From: Felis catus
Lineage: Eukaryota
NCBI RefSeq assembly: GCF_018350175.1
Contig: NC_058368.1
Coordinates: forward strand, 18,726,001 to 18,790,000
Direction of reading: 5' to 3'
Length of the DNA stretch: 64,000 nucleotides
A program made the position numbers and the translations under genes. Positions 11,651 to 24,245 of the stretch are shown here, one piece after another; positions within the stretch are counted from its first letter, which is position 1, and each line of letters begins with the position of its first letter. The notes under the pieces are model-generated. The model searched no databases, was not told the DNA's origin, and saw only the letters and a list, made by a program, of their open reading frames with translations.

Positions 11651-12269
11651 ACCCAATGACACCACTTGCTTTCCCCAAATCGGCAACGTGGGTTAAAGTT
11701 TTCAGTTTTGGTGGAGGACGTAGGGCCCGCTGACTGCAGCACCAGGTGCCCACTGGTGACCGGCAGGGGTCTGGCCGATCTCTACCCTCACTCAGGGGTA
11801 CAACAGGTGAATGGGGTGGTGTTTCTGAATCACCAGGCTGGAAGTGGTAAGGCCCAGTGGTTTTCAATGGTCCCAAAGAGAAGGGGAAAGCAGTGACTCC
11901 ATCAAAGACTCCTTGGCCATCATCCTGGAGACACCTAGGCCAGTGGCCCCCAAGCTCCTGGGAAATCTACAGGTGAATGGTTAAACTCACACACCGTTAA
12001 AGACTAGTACTACTGCTCAAGGAATAGCTTGGCCAGTGATAAGCCAGAAGAGGCTGAGAGGGAGAGAGGGAGAGAGGGAGAGAGGGAGAGAGGGGGAAAG
12101 GAGAACCTGGGTGCCCCAATCTCCCACAAGTGTCATCTCCCCGGCCACCTCCTCCCATTAGATATTAAATTCAACGGTGACTTAAACAATAAATGTGAGA
12201 CTTCGTCTTCAAAAATTCCCAGGTCCAGTATCTAGAAGGCTTACATCCGACAAGAGACCTCACACTGGA

Positions 12270-12495
12270 TAAAAATAGCAGCTGATATTTAATGAACGCT
12301 TAATGATCACATTAATGATATTTAATGTGTATCAGGCACTATTCTAAGTGCTTTCTACATATAATGACAGCAACCCTGTAAGGTAAGTTCTATTATCATC
12401 CCTAGTTTTCAGATGAGGAAACTGAGACACAGAAAGGTTAAGTGAATCGCCCAAGGCGACTCGGGTAGCAAAGGGCAGAGCACAGATACGGGCCA
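12270..12495 (-). mobile_element. MIR
   Basis: ttttcagatgaggaaactgagacacagaaaggttaagtgaatcgcccaagg. Confidence 0.85.
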
Positions 12496-13099
12496 AGAGT
12501 TGTTAGGGACTTCCTGAAGACCTGTGTTGTGAAGGAACTGAAGCTGTATCTTAGCTCAGAAAAGAATGCTTTGATCAGTCAGAAGAATATCCCCAGGGAC
12601 TGGATCTCCACTGTTTGTGAAAATGCCACAGCCGAGCTGGGACATACACCAATCAGATGGGGTGGCTCAATGTGCAAGCCCAGGACAGCCCCCAAGCCAA
12701 ATCTCGGTAGGCGCAGAACCTTCCAGAAACAGCCCCAGATGTGAGACAGGTGTGCAAAGATGAGTAAATAATTGTGGCTCACTCAATACGCTCCTCAGTG
12801 TGGATCATAATGCCAGCACCAGGTCTTGAGACACTCTTCCCCCTTCCCAGACTCTTTCTGCCTTTTGTGGCAACCTCTGTTAACACCCACATCCAACATA
12901 TTCCTTTTCTCCCCCCCCCCACCCCCCGTCCTCAGCCAAAGTGAGACACCCCTCCCAGGCACCTTCACAGAAAGGAAGGCAACTCTGTGGAATTCAGGTA
13001 CCAGCCAAACTTGGGTAGAGCTGCCGTTTCTTGAACATTTGCTTTGTGTGCTCAGCTCTGTACAAATATTATTTCATTCAGTGCCCCCAATATTGTCAA

Positions 13100-14069
13100 T
13101 TCCAGGCTTCGCCTCACTTGACCACCAGTCGCTTTGGTACAGCTCCCTGTAAACTTTCTCTTCAGTTGGCTCCCCCAGTCCCACTGACCTTGTCCTCCCT
13201 CCCACCCAACTCGCTGCTGCTGCGACAGTTCCTCCTGCTCTTTGACCCCCCCATGGTGGAGGGACCCAGGGCACAGGCCTGGTTCCTTCTATATCTACAC
13301 CAGCCCGGATGTGATGTCATCTGGCCCCAAGGTTTTATTTTCCACGTCTGTTGTCTCCTTCCCAGCTTCACCACTTGAGTCCCAGTCTCTTTATTTCCAA
13401 TTTCCAACCTAACATCTCCACTTATATACCGTACAGGCGTGCCGTCTGACTGAAACAGAACTCCTGACCCCATCTGCTTCTCCCCTGTCTCAGTAGACAG
13501 CAGGTCCATTTTTGCAGTAGCTCAGCCAACAGAAAAAGGAAACCTAGAGTCATCTTTGACTTCCTTCTTTTTCATCCCACACCCAACACGTCAGAAATCA
13601 GGTCGACGCCATCTTTAAAACACATCCAGAATCCGCCAGGCCCTTCCAGCGTCCTACCATTCCACCGCGGAACTCCACTCAGACTCCACCATCTCTCCTA
13701 ACCACTCCTCCTGCTGCCACTTCTGACGTCTCGGTCTATCTTCAACTCAGAAGCCTGAGTAATCCTTTTAAAATATAAGTCAGATTTATCACTGCTCTGT
13801 TCAAAACCCTATAATGCTTTCTGGGCTGACTCCTGATAGATCCAAAGTCCTTACAATAGTCTAGAGTATCTGGGGTAGGGATATTTCTTTCTGGCTCCCA
13901 GAAAGGTCTCTGTCCCCAAATCCTACCCCTCTCCCTGCTCATCCCCCTCCGGCTAATTTTCTACTATGTTAGAGTCTTTGCACCGTCCCCTTTTTCAGTG
14001 CATTTGGGTGTCAAGGGCCAGTCCTCAGGTAGACTTTCCCTGGACACGCTACCTAAAATAGCAGCTGTG

Positions 14070-14111
<42 letters not shown>

Positions 14112-14308
14112 CGCCATCACTCCACCTGGCTTTTCTTCATATTGCTTATCTCACCTGACATCGTATGAATTTATCTGATTGTTGTCCTTGTTTATTTTCT
14201 ATCTCAGCCCATTATAAGTTCCATGTAAGCAGAGATGTTGTAGCCACAACATCCAGGATAGAGAGGTTTTCAACAAATAATTATTGAATGAATGAATGAA
14301 TGAATGAA
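13100..14308 (+). mobile_element. L2 3' region
   Basis: aaacctagagtcatctttgac, atcactgctctgttcaaaaccct, ending in a (gaat)n tail; contains (CA)n at 14074-14108. Confidence 0.85.
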
Positions 14309-14309
14309 C

Positions 14310-14420
14310 ATACTGTACAGATGAGGTAACTGAGGGTCAGAGCTTACGTAATTTTCCCAAGTTCTTACAGTAGGTAAGTGGAAGAGTTGGTATTCTAGCC
14401 CAGGTCTGGCTAACTTGGTC
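14310..14420 (-). mobile_element. MIR fragment
   Basis: tacagatgaggtaactgagggtcagag...cccaggtctggctaac. Confidence 0.7.
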
Positions 14421-16383
14421 TCTCAGAAATCATGACACATCGGGAAACCCTGATAAATCAAGCCCTGACCCGTTAATCACAAATGCTTGCAGATATCAAA
14501 TAGCGCATTCAAGATCCAAAATAGTTACTTCCTGAGAGACTTCACCAAAGACACTACCTTAATGGGCTGCATAGACAAGTGTTTCCTACTCGCCACTTCT
14601 TTGTCTCTTCAACATCAAAAAGTATGTCCTCACGTGGTCCCTCTCTGAAATGCCTGGAATTAACCAAAGCAGGCACAGCCCCTGCCCTTTGGAGGCTGAA
14701 ATCTAGAACAAACACTGATGCACACAGGGCTGGTCTCATGAGCTGGCAACCACATGGTCTGATTTTAGAGGCTAGGAGAGCTTAGTCCAAAAATATCTTC
14801 CCCTCCCAAATGCCACAGTGCCTGAAATTCCACTATTAGAGAGATTTCTGGGGCTTTAAGCACCATCACTGATTCTGAGTCACTTTGTTTTAGGTGTACA
14901 TTTTTTTAAGAGAGTACATGGTTGTATTTAGGGTTTTTTTTTTTTTTTTTACCCATTCTATGAGTTTATTTCTTTTAATAAATGAGTTGATCTCATTTAC
15001 ATTTATTATTATAATACATTTGTCACAATGCTATCATCTTAAATATCTTTTCACTTTTATTTTCTTAGTTTGCTTTTACTATACAGTCTGAATTGTAGTT
15101 CCAGGAGTGATTAATTTTTCCATTTTAAAAAAGATGCTTAAATTTCTATTTTTCAATGTGCCTCAAAAGTTAAATAGTATCTATTATCTCCCAATGAAGA
15201 AAGATGAGAAAATTAATGATCTTATCTTTCCTCCCATATCTTTTTCCACTTCCCCTACACCTACCTGCCCAATAAGCATGATATTCTCTTATTATGCTAT
15301 TGAATTTTCCCTTCTTAAGGCTATATTATTATTATTATTATTATTATTGTTATTTTGCATTTGGTAGTTGCTGGGTTTTTGTCTCTTTATGGACTTCTTT
15401 CAATGCAATAAATATCTAGAAGATGCCACAGTCACGAGACGCCAGTATCTCTAGATGACTTAAATATTCAAATTAGTTTTATTTATGTAGTAGGGGCTTC
15501 AAGGCTGTATGACAAGGAAGAGGGTGGGGAAAACACAAAAAGGGAAACTGGATGGAGGGTGGGGAAATACACAGAAGGCAAAGTTTGTCTACTTCTCTGT
15601 TTGCCTCTTGTCGAGCATATAAAAAAAAAAAATAGTGGAGACTAAATAAACCTTTTCCAGAAGGCACTGAGAAGGCTGATGGTCTTCGGGTATACAAGAG
15701 GACAGAGACGGGACGGCTGAGCACACCATCAAAGGCTGGAACTGTGGGGGTTGGCTAGGGAGGAGGGGCGGGGGTGCTGAACTTCCCAGGGAGTCCTCCA
15801 AATGTGTTCCTTGACATCACAGGCTTCAAGAACTCTCTCAGCTACAAACCGTACCCCACATCGCGTCATGTCCTGTCCGCACTCTGTCCCTGGCCGTGCC
15901 TGCCTCTCCTTGAAGAGCGGGGCCCTGCACACAAAAGAATTGCCTCATGCTCGTCCAGGCCCGATTCTTTCTGCAACTGCCCTGGGTTTCTTTATCTCAA
16001 CCCCTTGTGAGAACACAGGAAACCCTGCTTCCCCAATCCTGAAATATCTGCCTCAGGAAGGAAGGTATATCGTCTTTCCAGGGCCTCTGTTTTGCTTGTG
16101 AACCAGTTCGATAGCCTGCTTTGTAAATGCGCTGCAAAAGCAAACCAATTCAGATCTTCCTTGGAAATGGCATGTTCAAAAGATAATGCCCAAATCCATT
16201 CAAACAATGGGGAAAACGTTAGGTCATAAAACCAGGTACGAACTTTGTACAAACTGGACCAAACAGTACCGGAGAGGTCTTTTGTTCTTGTTTTGCTTAG
16301 TTTGGTTTGTTAATTTGGGAGAGAGGGGGCAGCTACCAAGAATTGTTCAGGAGAAAAATCATGCATTTTTTCTTCAACATTCT

Positions 16384-16617
16384 TTTTTTTTTTAATGTTT
16401 ATTTATTTATTTTGTGACAGAGAGAGAGAGAGAGAGAGAGAGTAGGTGGAAGGGGTAGAGAGAGAGAGAGAGAGAGAGGTAGCGAGAGAATCTCAAGCAG
16501 GGTCTGTGCTGTCAGTGCACGGCCCAACACGGGGCTTGAATCCACAAACCGTGAGACCATGACCTGAGTCGAAATCAAGAATCAGACGCTTAACTGACTG
16601 AGCCCCCCAGGCGCCCC
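16384..16617 (-). mobile_element. Can-SINE
   Basis: Reverse SINE; TSD ttcttc(a/g)acattct. Confidence 0.95.
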
Positions 16618-16668
16618 ACTCTTCTTCGACATTCTTACAGAACTTAGGAAATAGTCTGTTAATGTCAC

Positions 16669-16876
16669 CTTTTTTTTTTTTAAGTTTATTTATTTATTTT
16701 TGACAGAGAGAGAACTCAGGGGAAGAGCAGAGAGAGAGGGAGACAGAATCCCAAGCAGGCCCTGGGCTGTCAGCACAGAGCCCGACGTGGGGCTGGAACT
16801 CACGGAACTATGAGATCATGACCTGAGCCGAAATGAAGAGTAGGACGCTTAACCAACTGAGCAACCCAGGCGCCCT
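16669..16876 (-). mobile_element. Can-SINE
   Basis: Reverse SINE; TSD tctgttaat(g)tcacc. Confidence 0.95.
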
Positions 16877-17049
16877 TCTGTTAATTCACCTTTAATCAAG
16901 TCCAGATGAAATTCATTCCTTACGCTTTATAAAAACATGCAAACCTTCAGCTAGTTCAATATTTTACAATCAATTTTTATAAATAAATAGGCTAAGTAAA
17001 GTCTCCTTCAAAGGAGAATATAACTAAATTAGAGAGCCACCATGCCCCC

Positions 17050-19450
17050 TATGAAAAGATTTCAATTAAAAATATTTGCTGGAGACGCAGGGCGGGGTGG
17101 ACCTGTGGGAGTCGCCTCGCGGTCCCGGAATTCTGTATTTCTATTAGCAGAAACAGCATTTGTGTTTGACAATGATTTCTGGACCATCACCCATGATTTC
17201 CAAGCTGGACCCCACTATTAATATGCTCACGTAAGCCTCAGACGGCCTTTATTTCAGAGCTGATGACAAACCCACCCTTCTGTGAAAAATTGTCCGTTGA
17301 GGCCTTGAAATAATTTTTTTTTTTAACTATGTCTTGAAGTCACTAAATTCCAGGGCAATTTCTCCTTCTGTCTGCTCCTAAGGACCCATCACCACAGATC
17401 CGAGGTGTTGTTTGTATACCAAATACTGCAGTGCAGCTAAAAAAATAAAAATAAAAAAAGGACAAGCGCTCTTTGCCTCCAACCTCTGAAAGCCGGCTAT
17501 TAGGCCGTGTTTCTCAATTCTGAAAGGCTTTTCCGAGGAACACTTTCCACGTTTTCCAGCCGCCTTCAGGCCCCCCTCCCTGAATCCTGCCTGGCCTGCT
17601 CCCTCCTGCTGCCCACCCAAGTGGCCCTGCCTCAAGTGCCCTCCCGCTCACACTGTGCCTCTCGAACGGCTCCCCGACGATGTCCCCATTGAGGAGCGTG
17701 AACAAAAAGAGCCTTTTACAGCATCTCCCAGGCGCAGCAAGAGCGAGGCAGGCTTTGAGGAGCCTGCCAAGGAGGGCAAAGGCCTTGCTTTGAAAACGCT
17801 TCTCCAGTTTGCTGACTCGTGGGACTTGGCAGGCCCAGGGAACAGCGCTGCCGGGAAGAAAGCCCCTGGTCGGGCCTCCCTGGCGGGCACCCCTGCTCTT
17901 TTCACTGGGCCCCATGTGACGGCCGTGAGGGAGCTGGCGGCAGAGCCGGGTGAGTGAAGGCTGTTTGTCAGGGCCCCCTCCCCCGACTGCAGCCCATACG
18001 TCAGGACACACGCCTCCCGACTGCTAAATAATGGCCGGGAAAAGGACAGCCCCCTGTCACCCAGAAGGCCCATCCACCGTGCCATTCTGTCCTCCTGGTG
18101 TCTCCCGTCGGGCCCATCTGCCCCCGGGGTTCCGAGTTTGTACGACATGCAGGAGTGGCCAGGCAAGCAGGGGCATCAGTCAGGATCGAATAAGTAAGAA
18201 AAGGGAGGAGTAAAAACCCACCGACCACAGGGGACTGTGCTCCTTCGCGCCCAGGCAGCAATAAGGCCCCACGAGTCAGCGCGAAGCGCGCTATACGGCC
18301 GCCCAGGTTGCGTTGGGCTCTGGGTCGACTGCAACTTCGATGTGTCGCTCCGTTTTTTCCTCTGTAAAACAGGCCTTCGAGACGCGGGCCCGTGGGAGGT
18401 GCTCCATAAAGCCCCATTGTTGAATCGGTTGGCCAACTGCAAATCCAAGTCCTAAACACTTCATCTCCTGACCACCGGTGATGGGTGAGTAATGAGAGCA
18501 AGAGCTCAAGGGAGGCCACCTCGCCCATCTGTTTAGTTTTCCTGCCTGAGTCTAAAACGGCTTCAAGGCCCTAGACTCTCAGCGGTCATGCCTCTTCCCG
18601 TGGCAGCCGGAGAGGGTGCAGAGGACAGTGTTACCCAAGGTCATTTGAAGGCGGCAAGGACCTACCTGCCACAAAGGGCCGTTGTGAAAAACGCAGACGC
18701 CCAGAAGCAAGGATCAAGGGCAAGATTCCCACGCAGGAGGCAACCCGGGGCACCCTGCTGCTGAGATTTGAGGAGCAAAAAGAAAGTGTGGTCACTTGCA
18801 GAAGGCAGAAGCCAAGGCAAAGCCTTTCTGCGAATCAAAAAAAGGCGCGCCCTCCGGCTGAAAGCATCACAAACATTTCCTCTGGGCGGACAAGTGAAGA
18901 AGCCGGGTGCCTGTGTAGGCAATCCAGGTAGGACGCGGCATCCCTGTTTCCCAGGCTGGGGGTACGGTGAGAGCAGCCCTGCCTAGAGGTCAGCCCCAAC
19001 TTCCCTTGCCTGTCTGGACACCCTCACACACCCTCCCGGGCCCTGCTTTTTACCAGCTCCAATGCCTGACAGAACTGTCAAGGTCAAACTCGAGCTCCTC
19101 ACAGGTGCAGGAAGGAACACCAAAGCATCTTCTTAACAAGTAAACAATGTGGCCTGATTTAGCTCTAATTTTTTTTTTTTCTTTTTTTCTGAATGGCTTT
19201 GAAGTGGCAGTTTCTAGGGAAACCCCTAGTACTCTTGAAGGGGGAGAGCAAGGACTCCGGCATATTGCAGCGTAGATACAGAAGCCACTGCCAGGCCTAG
19301 GTGCACGCGGTAAGCGTGCAGTCCACACACCGACGCGGGTTGGCACAGCCCTCGCCCTCTGGGAGCTTACAGTCCAGGGCCTTAGAGAGCCCAGCAGTAG
19401 CACACGGCAGAAGGAAGTAAGGAGGTGCGGAGAAAGTGCTGACGGGCAGA
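17050..19450. promoter_or_regulatory. CpG-rich, largely unique domain (CpG-island-like)
   Basis: Visibly elevated GC and CpG, e.g. 18240-18395; obs/exp not computed. Confidence 0.5.
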
Positions 19451-20061
19451 GAGGACCGAACCACGTGCTGATTTTAAGGGAAGCAAAGGCGGCTTCCAAG
19501 GGGAGTCTGCTTCTGACTTGGGGTAGGATTCCCATGCCTGGAACAGCCACGTTAAGGGAAAAGCAGAAGCAAAACCAGGAGCCGGGAGAGCTTGTGATGT
19601 GGCCAGAGCACAGGGTCGGAGTCTGGAAGCCAGCTGGGCCAACTCCGGAAAACTGAAAACACGGAGGGGTCAGAACGTTGCTGGGTCAGGGGAGGTGATG
19701 TCTGGGGATAACTCTGACGAGCTGTGAAGACTAAAGCTACTAAAATCATCTGGAAGACTTGCCATGACCCAGGAAGGAGACTGATGGCATGATGGCCAGG
19801 ACAATAAGCACAGAAAGGAGGAAGTGGGGATGGGAACAGGGAAAAGGTGACTCTGAGGTCTCTATATCGGAGGGGTCGGAGGTTAGCAGTGGATAGTGAG
19901 CTCATGTACCTGAAATAGCACGAGAGTGAGAGCAGGTTTGGAGGAACAGCAAGGAATTTAGTTAAAAGAGAATCCCAGCTTGAGATGCTAACAACTCAGT
20001 CTTGTAGAAATGTCTAACAACCAACTAACTAAAAATTAGGCCATTTTAAAACTGAAAGGCT

Positions 20062-20265
20062 GGGGCACCTGGGTGCCTCAGTCAGTGAAGCATCCGACAC
20101 TTGATTTCGGCTCAGGTCATGATCTCAAGGTTCATGGGATCGAGCCCTGTGCCCGGCTCTGCTCTATTAGTGCAGAGCCTGCTTAGGATTCTCTCTCTCC
20201 CTCTCTCTGTGCTCCTCCCCCGCTCGTACGTGCACTTGTCTCTCTCAAAAAAGAAAGGAAAAAAA
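20062..20265 (+). mobile_element. Can-SINE
   Basis: Head, (CT)n and A-tail; TSD-like ctgaa(a/g)ggc. Confidence 0.95.
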
Positions 20266-20356
20266 GCTGAAGGGCAAAGAGATTGTTACTGAACTAGGGA
20301 GCTGCCAACGGGTCCCTGCCTTGCCCAGGTGGCTGTGGAAGTGACCAGGTCAGGGC

Positions 20357-20470
20357 AGCAGTTCTCAGACTTTGGGGTGCATCAGGAGCACCTGGGAGCA
20401 CGGTGACACAGCAGGTGCCTTGACCTAGCCCCCAGTCATTGTTCAGAGGCTGGTGGCAGTGCCTAGAGAG
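20357..20470. mobile_element. MER5-like fragment
   Basis: cagcagttctcagactttggggtgcatcaggagcacctgggagc. Confidence 0.6.
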
Positions 20471-21008
20471 GGGAAGACAGATTCTACCCACTCAGTAAAA
20501 AAAGTAAACGTCAAGGAGATTCCTTTCAACTTTTAACTTCTTTCTCATTAATTAACTAGAATATCTTCGTCTGTTTACTTTTAGCTAAATAATCTCTTTA
20601 ACTGATTAACTGAAGTCAATTCACCTTGCCCAGTAGGAAGGTCAGAGAAATCAGCCTCAGGGGAAAGCATCTAGGATCACAAAGGCTATTTTGTCAGAGG
20701 CGAGAGTTGGTGGAGAAACCGAGAGATAAAGAAGTGGCGGGCAGGGCTAAGAAGAATGGTTGGTTTGAGCATTGTTGGCCAACACAGCTTAGCACTAGGG
20801 GGTCGTCACTAGAAAATGCTGTGAGGAGCCAAAGTAGAAATGGGAGAGCCCTGGATCCTATCCTCAGGGAAGGAGCACGCTGCAGGGAGTCCTGGGGCTC
20901 CCTGGAGCACAGGCCTCCCGGGCCCACCCCCAGATAAGACCCCAGTGGGGCCGGGTGCTCCTGTCCCAGACTGTCTCAGCGGAGGGCTGCTGAAGGCTTT
21001 GCTGCTGT

Positions 21009-21038
21009 TAACCTCTGACCCCATGACCTACGTGACCT
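21009..21038 (-). promoter_or_regulatory. Candidate composite nuclear-receptor element (DR3-DR2-DR1)
   Basis: Minus strand reads AGGTCA cgt AGGTCA tg GGGTCA g AGGTTA. Confidence 0.45.
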
Positions 21039-21260
21039 GTGCAGAATCATTTCAAAGTTGACCGAGACTTGGCTAAATTATCACACGAAGAAGAGACAAC
21101 AGGGACTGGAAAGCATAGGAGAGCAAATGCAAAATCCCTCAGATCCTACCGGTCACAGAAAAGTAATATCCCAAACCAATCTTGGAATCAAGGCCAGGTT
21201 CAACAAAACTTCAACTATTGGCATTTAATACGAAGTGTCATTTAGAAACAAATGACAAAA

Positions 21261-21463
21261 CGCCTGGGTGGCTCAGTCAGTTAAGTGTCTCACTCTTGAG
21301 TTCAGGTCACGATCTCACGGTTCCTGAGTTCGAGCCCCAGGCTCTGCGCTGACAGTATGGATCCGGCTTGGGATTCTCTCTCTCCCTCTCTTTCTCTGCC
21401 CCTCCCCTTCTTGCTTGCTCTCAAAATAAGTAAATAAACTTAAAAAAAAAAAAAAAAAAGAAG
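21261..21463 (+). mobile_element. Can-SINE
   Basis: cgcctgggtggctcagtcagttaag...long A-tail. Confidence 0.95.
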
Positions 21464-21949
21464 GAAACCAGTAACAAAAGAAAAACACGTGATTCTTCAA
21501 AGCTGATTAGCAAAGGGCCAGAGAAAGGAGGAGGAGGAAGAAAAAAGGAGGCTATATTTTCCTTTCGCTGGGAACCTACTAGACTAGGCACGAGCCCAAC
21601 TGCCCTGACTCTAACATTACTGGCTGCAAGGGAAGGACGACAACCGTCCCAGGTGTCCCCCACTATCCTTTTGGGGCAGTCAAAATCCCATGTCCTGGGA
21701 ACCCCTCAGTCGGCTGGTCACCTGGGTCCAGGTCTCAGGAGAATCGGGGCCTGCAAAGCCAGGGTGCTGGGGCCATGAAGGTATGGAGTTTGGAAAGGAG
21801 ACAGACCCCCCCCAGTTCTGTCAGCTCCTGGACTGCCCTTTCCTGGGCAGGGTTCCAGCACAGAGCACACAACGCCCCAGAACTCTAAAACTGGGGCTTC
21901 AAAAACCCACTTGATAGGATTAAAATATAAAGGAACCTAAGGCACACAG

Positions 21950-22930
21950 TGTTGGGCACGCGGTGAGCCCTCCAGTCAGAGTGAGCTGGGACAAGTCTGT
22001 GGGCAACAGCACTACCCGGGGCGGGTTTACCCAGGGTGATGGCCCGTAGCAGGAAGGGGGCGGACGTGCCTGGACCCCTCGCCGCCTCCCCTGGCCCATG
22101 TGCAGTCCCTGTCACACGTGGTCCTGGCCCAGGCTCCCCACAGGAGACGGCGCTCGCTCGGGGCCCTGGGCGTGCTTGAGAGGCCTGCTCAGCCACACAG
22201 AAGTCACTCAAGGAAGCCACAGGCCCGGGCCACCCAGGCTCCCGGAGGCAGGGAGCAGCCCAGAGAAGCAAGCTGCCAGCATTTCTGAGTGCTCAGTGAC
22301 AATGAATTGCCTTCCCCGTGGGGACACTCCACGGCAAGGTCAGCGACAGCAGGGACTCCCATCCTGCCCCCCTCCCCGCCTCCCCCGTCCTGAACTCTGG
22401 CGGAGCTCTGGGCGTTCCGTGGGCGCCTGGGCCTTCTCAGCTCCTCGGGGGGCCTCACGCAGAACACACTGCCCCTGGCGCTGCGCTAACGGCAAGGAGA
22501 TGAAATAAGGCCCTTTTCTTTTCCACGATTTCGTGAGCGTCCTTGAGCCGCTCTGCGGGCTTTTTCAGGGGCCGCCGCATCTACAGGCGAAGGGCAGAGA
22601 GGCAAGGCGCGCCGACCCTGGTGCGGATGCAAGCGTTTTGTTCACTGAGCGGTCTCCGCTGGGCTCCTACGGGGTAGCAGCCTTTCGGTGACACTCTGTG
22701 CTTTGCTCCCCAGAGCAAAGAGGCCCGCGAGGTAGACTCCACCTAGACGCCACCCTCTTCCCCCCACACCTCCCCCTCCAGCCCCACCTCGGAAGGCGCA
22801 TGCGAAAGCTCTTTGGTACTAAAGTACAGTTATTATAAGGTGTGGTCGCCTAGACACTGCCCTCTCTCTATTTTGACAGCATGACTTCCTGTGATGTGAC
22901 CGAATATCTCCTGTCGTCTCAGTAACAAAG
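21950..22930. promoter_or_regulatory. CpG-island-like candidate promoter/enhancer
   Basis: Dense CpG; ETS CGGAAG abutting NRF1-like GCGCATGCG (22790-22804); GC boxes. Confidence 0.5.
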
Positions 22931-23569
22931 GCTGATACCTGGGTGGTTTTTTTTTTTTTTTTTTTTAACTCCTCTCAACAGTATACTTGACATTTAATGC
23001 ATCATCAAAAAGTTTCTGAGGTTTTGGGGCTAAAACTCTGAAGTATTACTTCCTGTCCCGGCTGCAGCCCAGAGACTCTGAAATGGGGCTGCTGCTCGGC
23101 TGCCGGCTTCGCCAGATGGTCTCCAAGGTCTCCGAGCGGGCCAAAAGCCCATCCTGCCCTCTGCACCCTTGCAGGCGCTGAGAAATGCGCTCCAGACCAG
23201 AAACCAAAAGGGCCACTGGTTCCTGTCCTTCAGTTCCAGGGTCCCGGAGCAAGTCACTTAATCTCTCTGCTCCTCAGATGGGTAGAATTATGGAGTTGTG
23301 CAAAGTGATCTCCAGAGAATAGTCTAGCATTCCAGTCCTCCGGGCTCCAGAGACCCGAACTGCCCTTAGGGCTATAGGGTGGTCTGTAGTGATACCACCC
23401 ATTTTTCCTAGAGGTAGGAAGATACCTTGGTTCCTGCATCGCAACCCCCCCCTCCCCTGAATCATCCCCAATGGCCTGGCACCATGGGAATTTGCTGGAC
23501 CTGCTCTACAAAAGCTGGAATTTGCACCCAGCAAGGCAGAAAAGCATTTACCATTTAGGCAACTTCTCA

Positions 23570-24020
23570 TTTCTTCCACAGGATTTATGCGCACGTGCTC
23601 TTTGCCAGACCCAGTGTTAGGCTCTACAATACGAGGATGAAGACGGCAAAGCCCACGTCCTCCGGGACGGCATGTGAACCAAGAACTGCCCACTGGTAGT
23701 GCCGGGAAAGGGCTGAGGGGCCCAGGAGGGGAGCCTTGAATTATCCTGAGGGATTGGAGAGAGAGGGGCAGGGAGGGAAGGCTTCCTAGAGGAACTAATG
23801 CTTGAGCTGACTCAACGTTTCAGTAGTGCTCGAGCAGCTAGACATTCCAGGCAAAGGCTGAGGAAGGGCCAAGGTCTCCCAAGACAGGGCACGGTGGGTA
23901 ATGCCACACTGGTCAACTGGGCTAGACCGTGGCGTACATGGCCACCAGGCTGAGGCTTCGACAACTGCTGAGGCACGTAGCTCTTTCTTATTTCAGGTTT
24001 TTAAGCAGGGGAGCACAGTA
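23570..24020 (-). mobile_element. L2 fragment
   Basis: ggaaggcttcctagaggaactaatgcttgagctga, ttttaagcaggggag. Confidence 0.7.
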
Positions 24021-24029
24021 AGACTATAT

Positions 24030-24245
24030 GGGTGGAGGATCGGGGCACTGGTTTTGGGGAACAGCCAGACCTGACATCGAATCCCTGCCCTTACTGACGG
24101 TGTGAACTCCGGTGAAACGCTTAATCTGTCTCTGCCTCCGTTGTCTCATCTGCAAAATGACACGAGGACACCCACCTCCTAGGATCGTTGTGAGGGTATA
24201 TAACATAATAAATGTCAAGTGCTGAGCACAGTGCCTGGCGTTCAT
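24030..24245 (+). mobile_element. MIR
   Basis: ctcatctgcaaaatg...gtgctgagcacagtgcctggc. Confidence 0.85.

Noticed and set aside
17514..18528. Overlapping 165-175 aa minus-strand ORFs
   Set aside because: Expected in GC-rich stop-poor DNA; no homology recognised.
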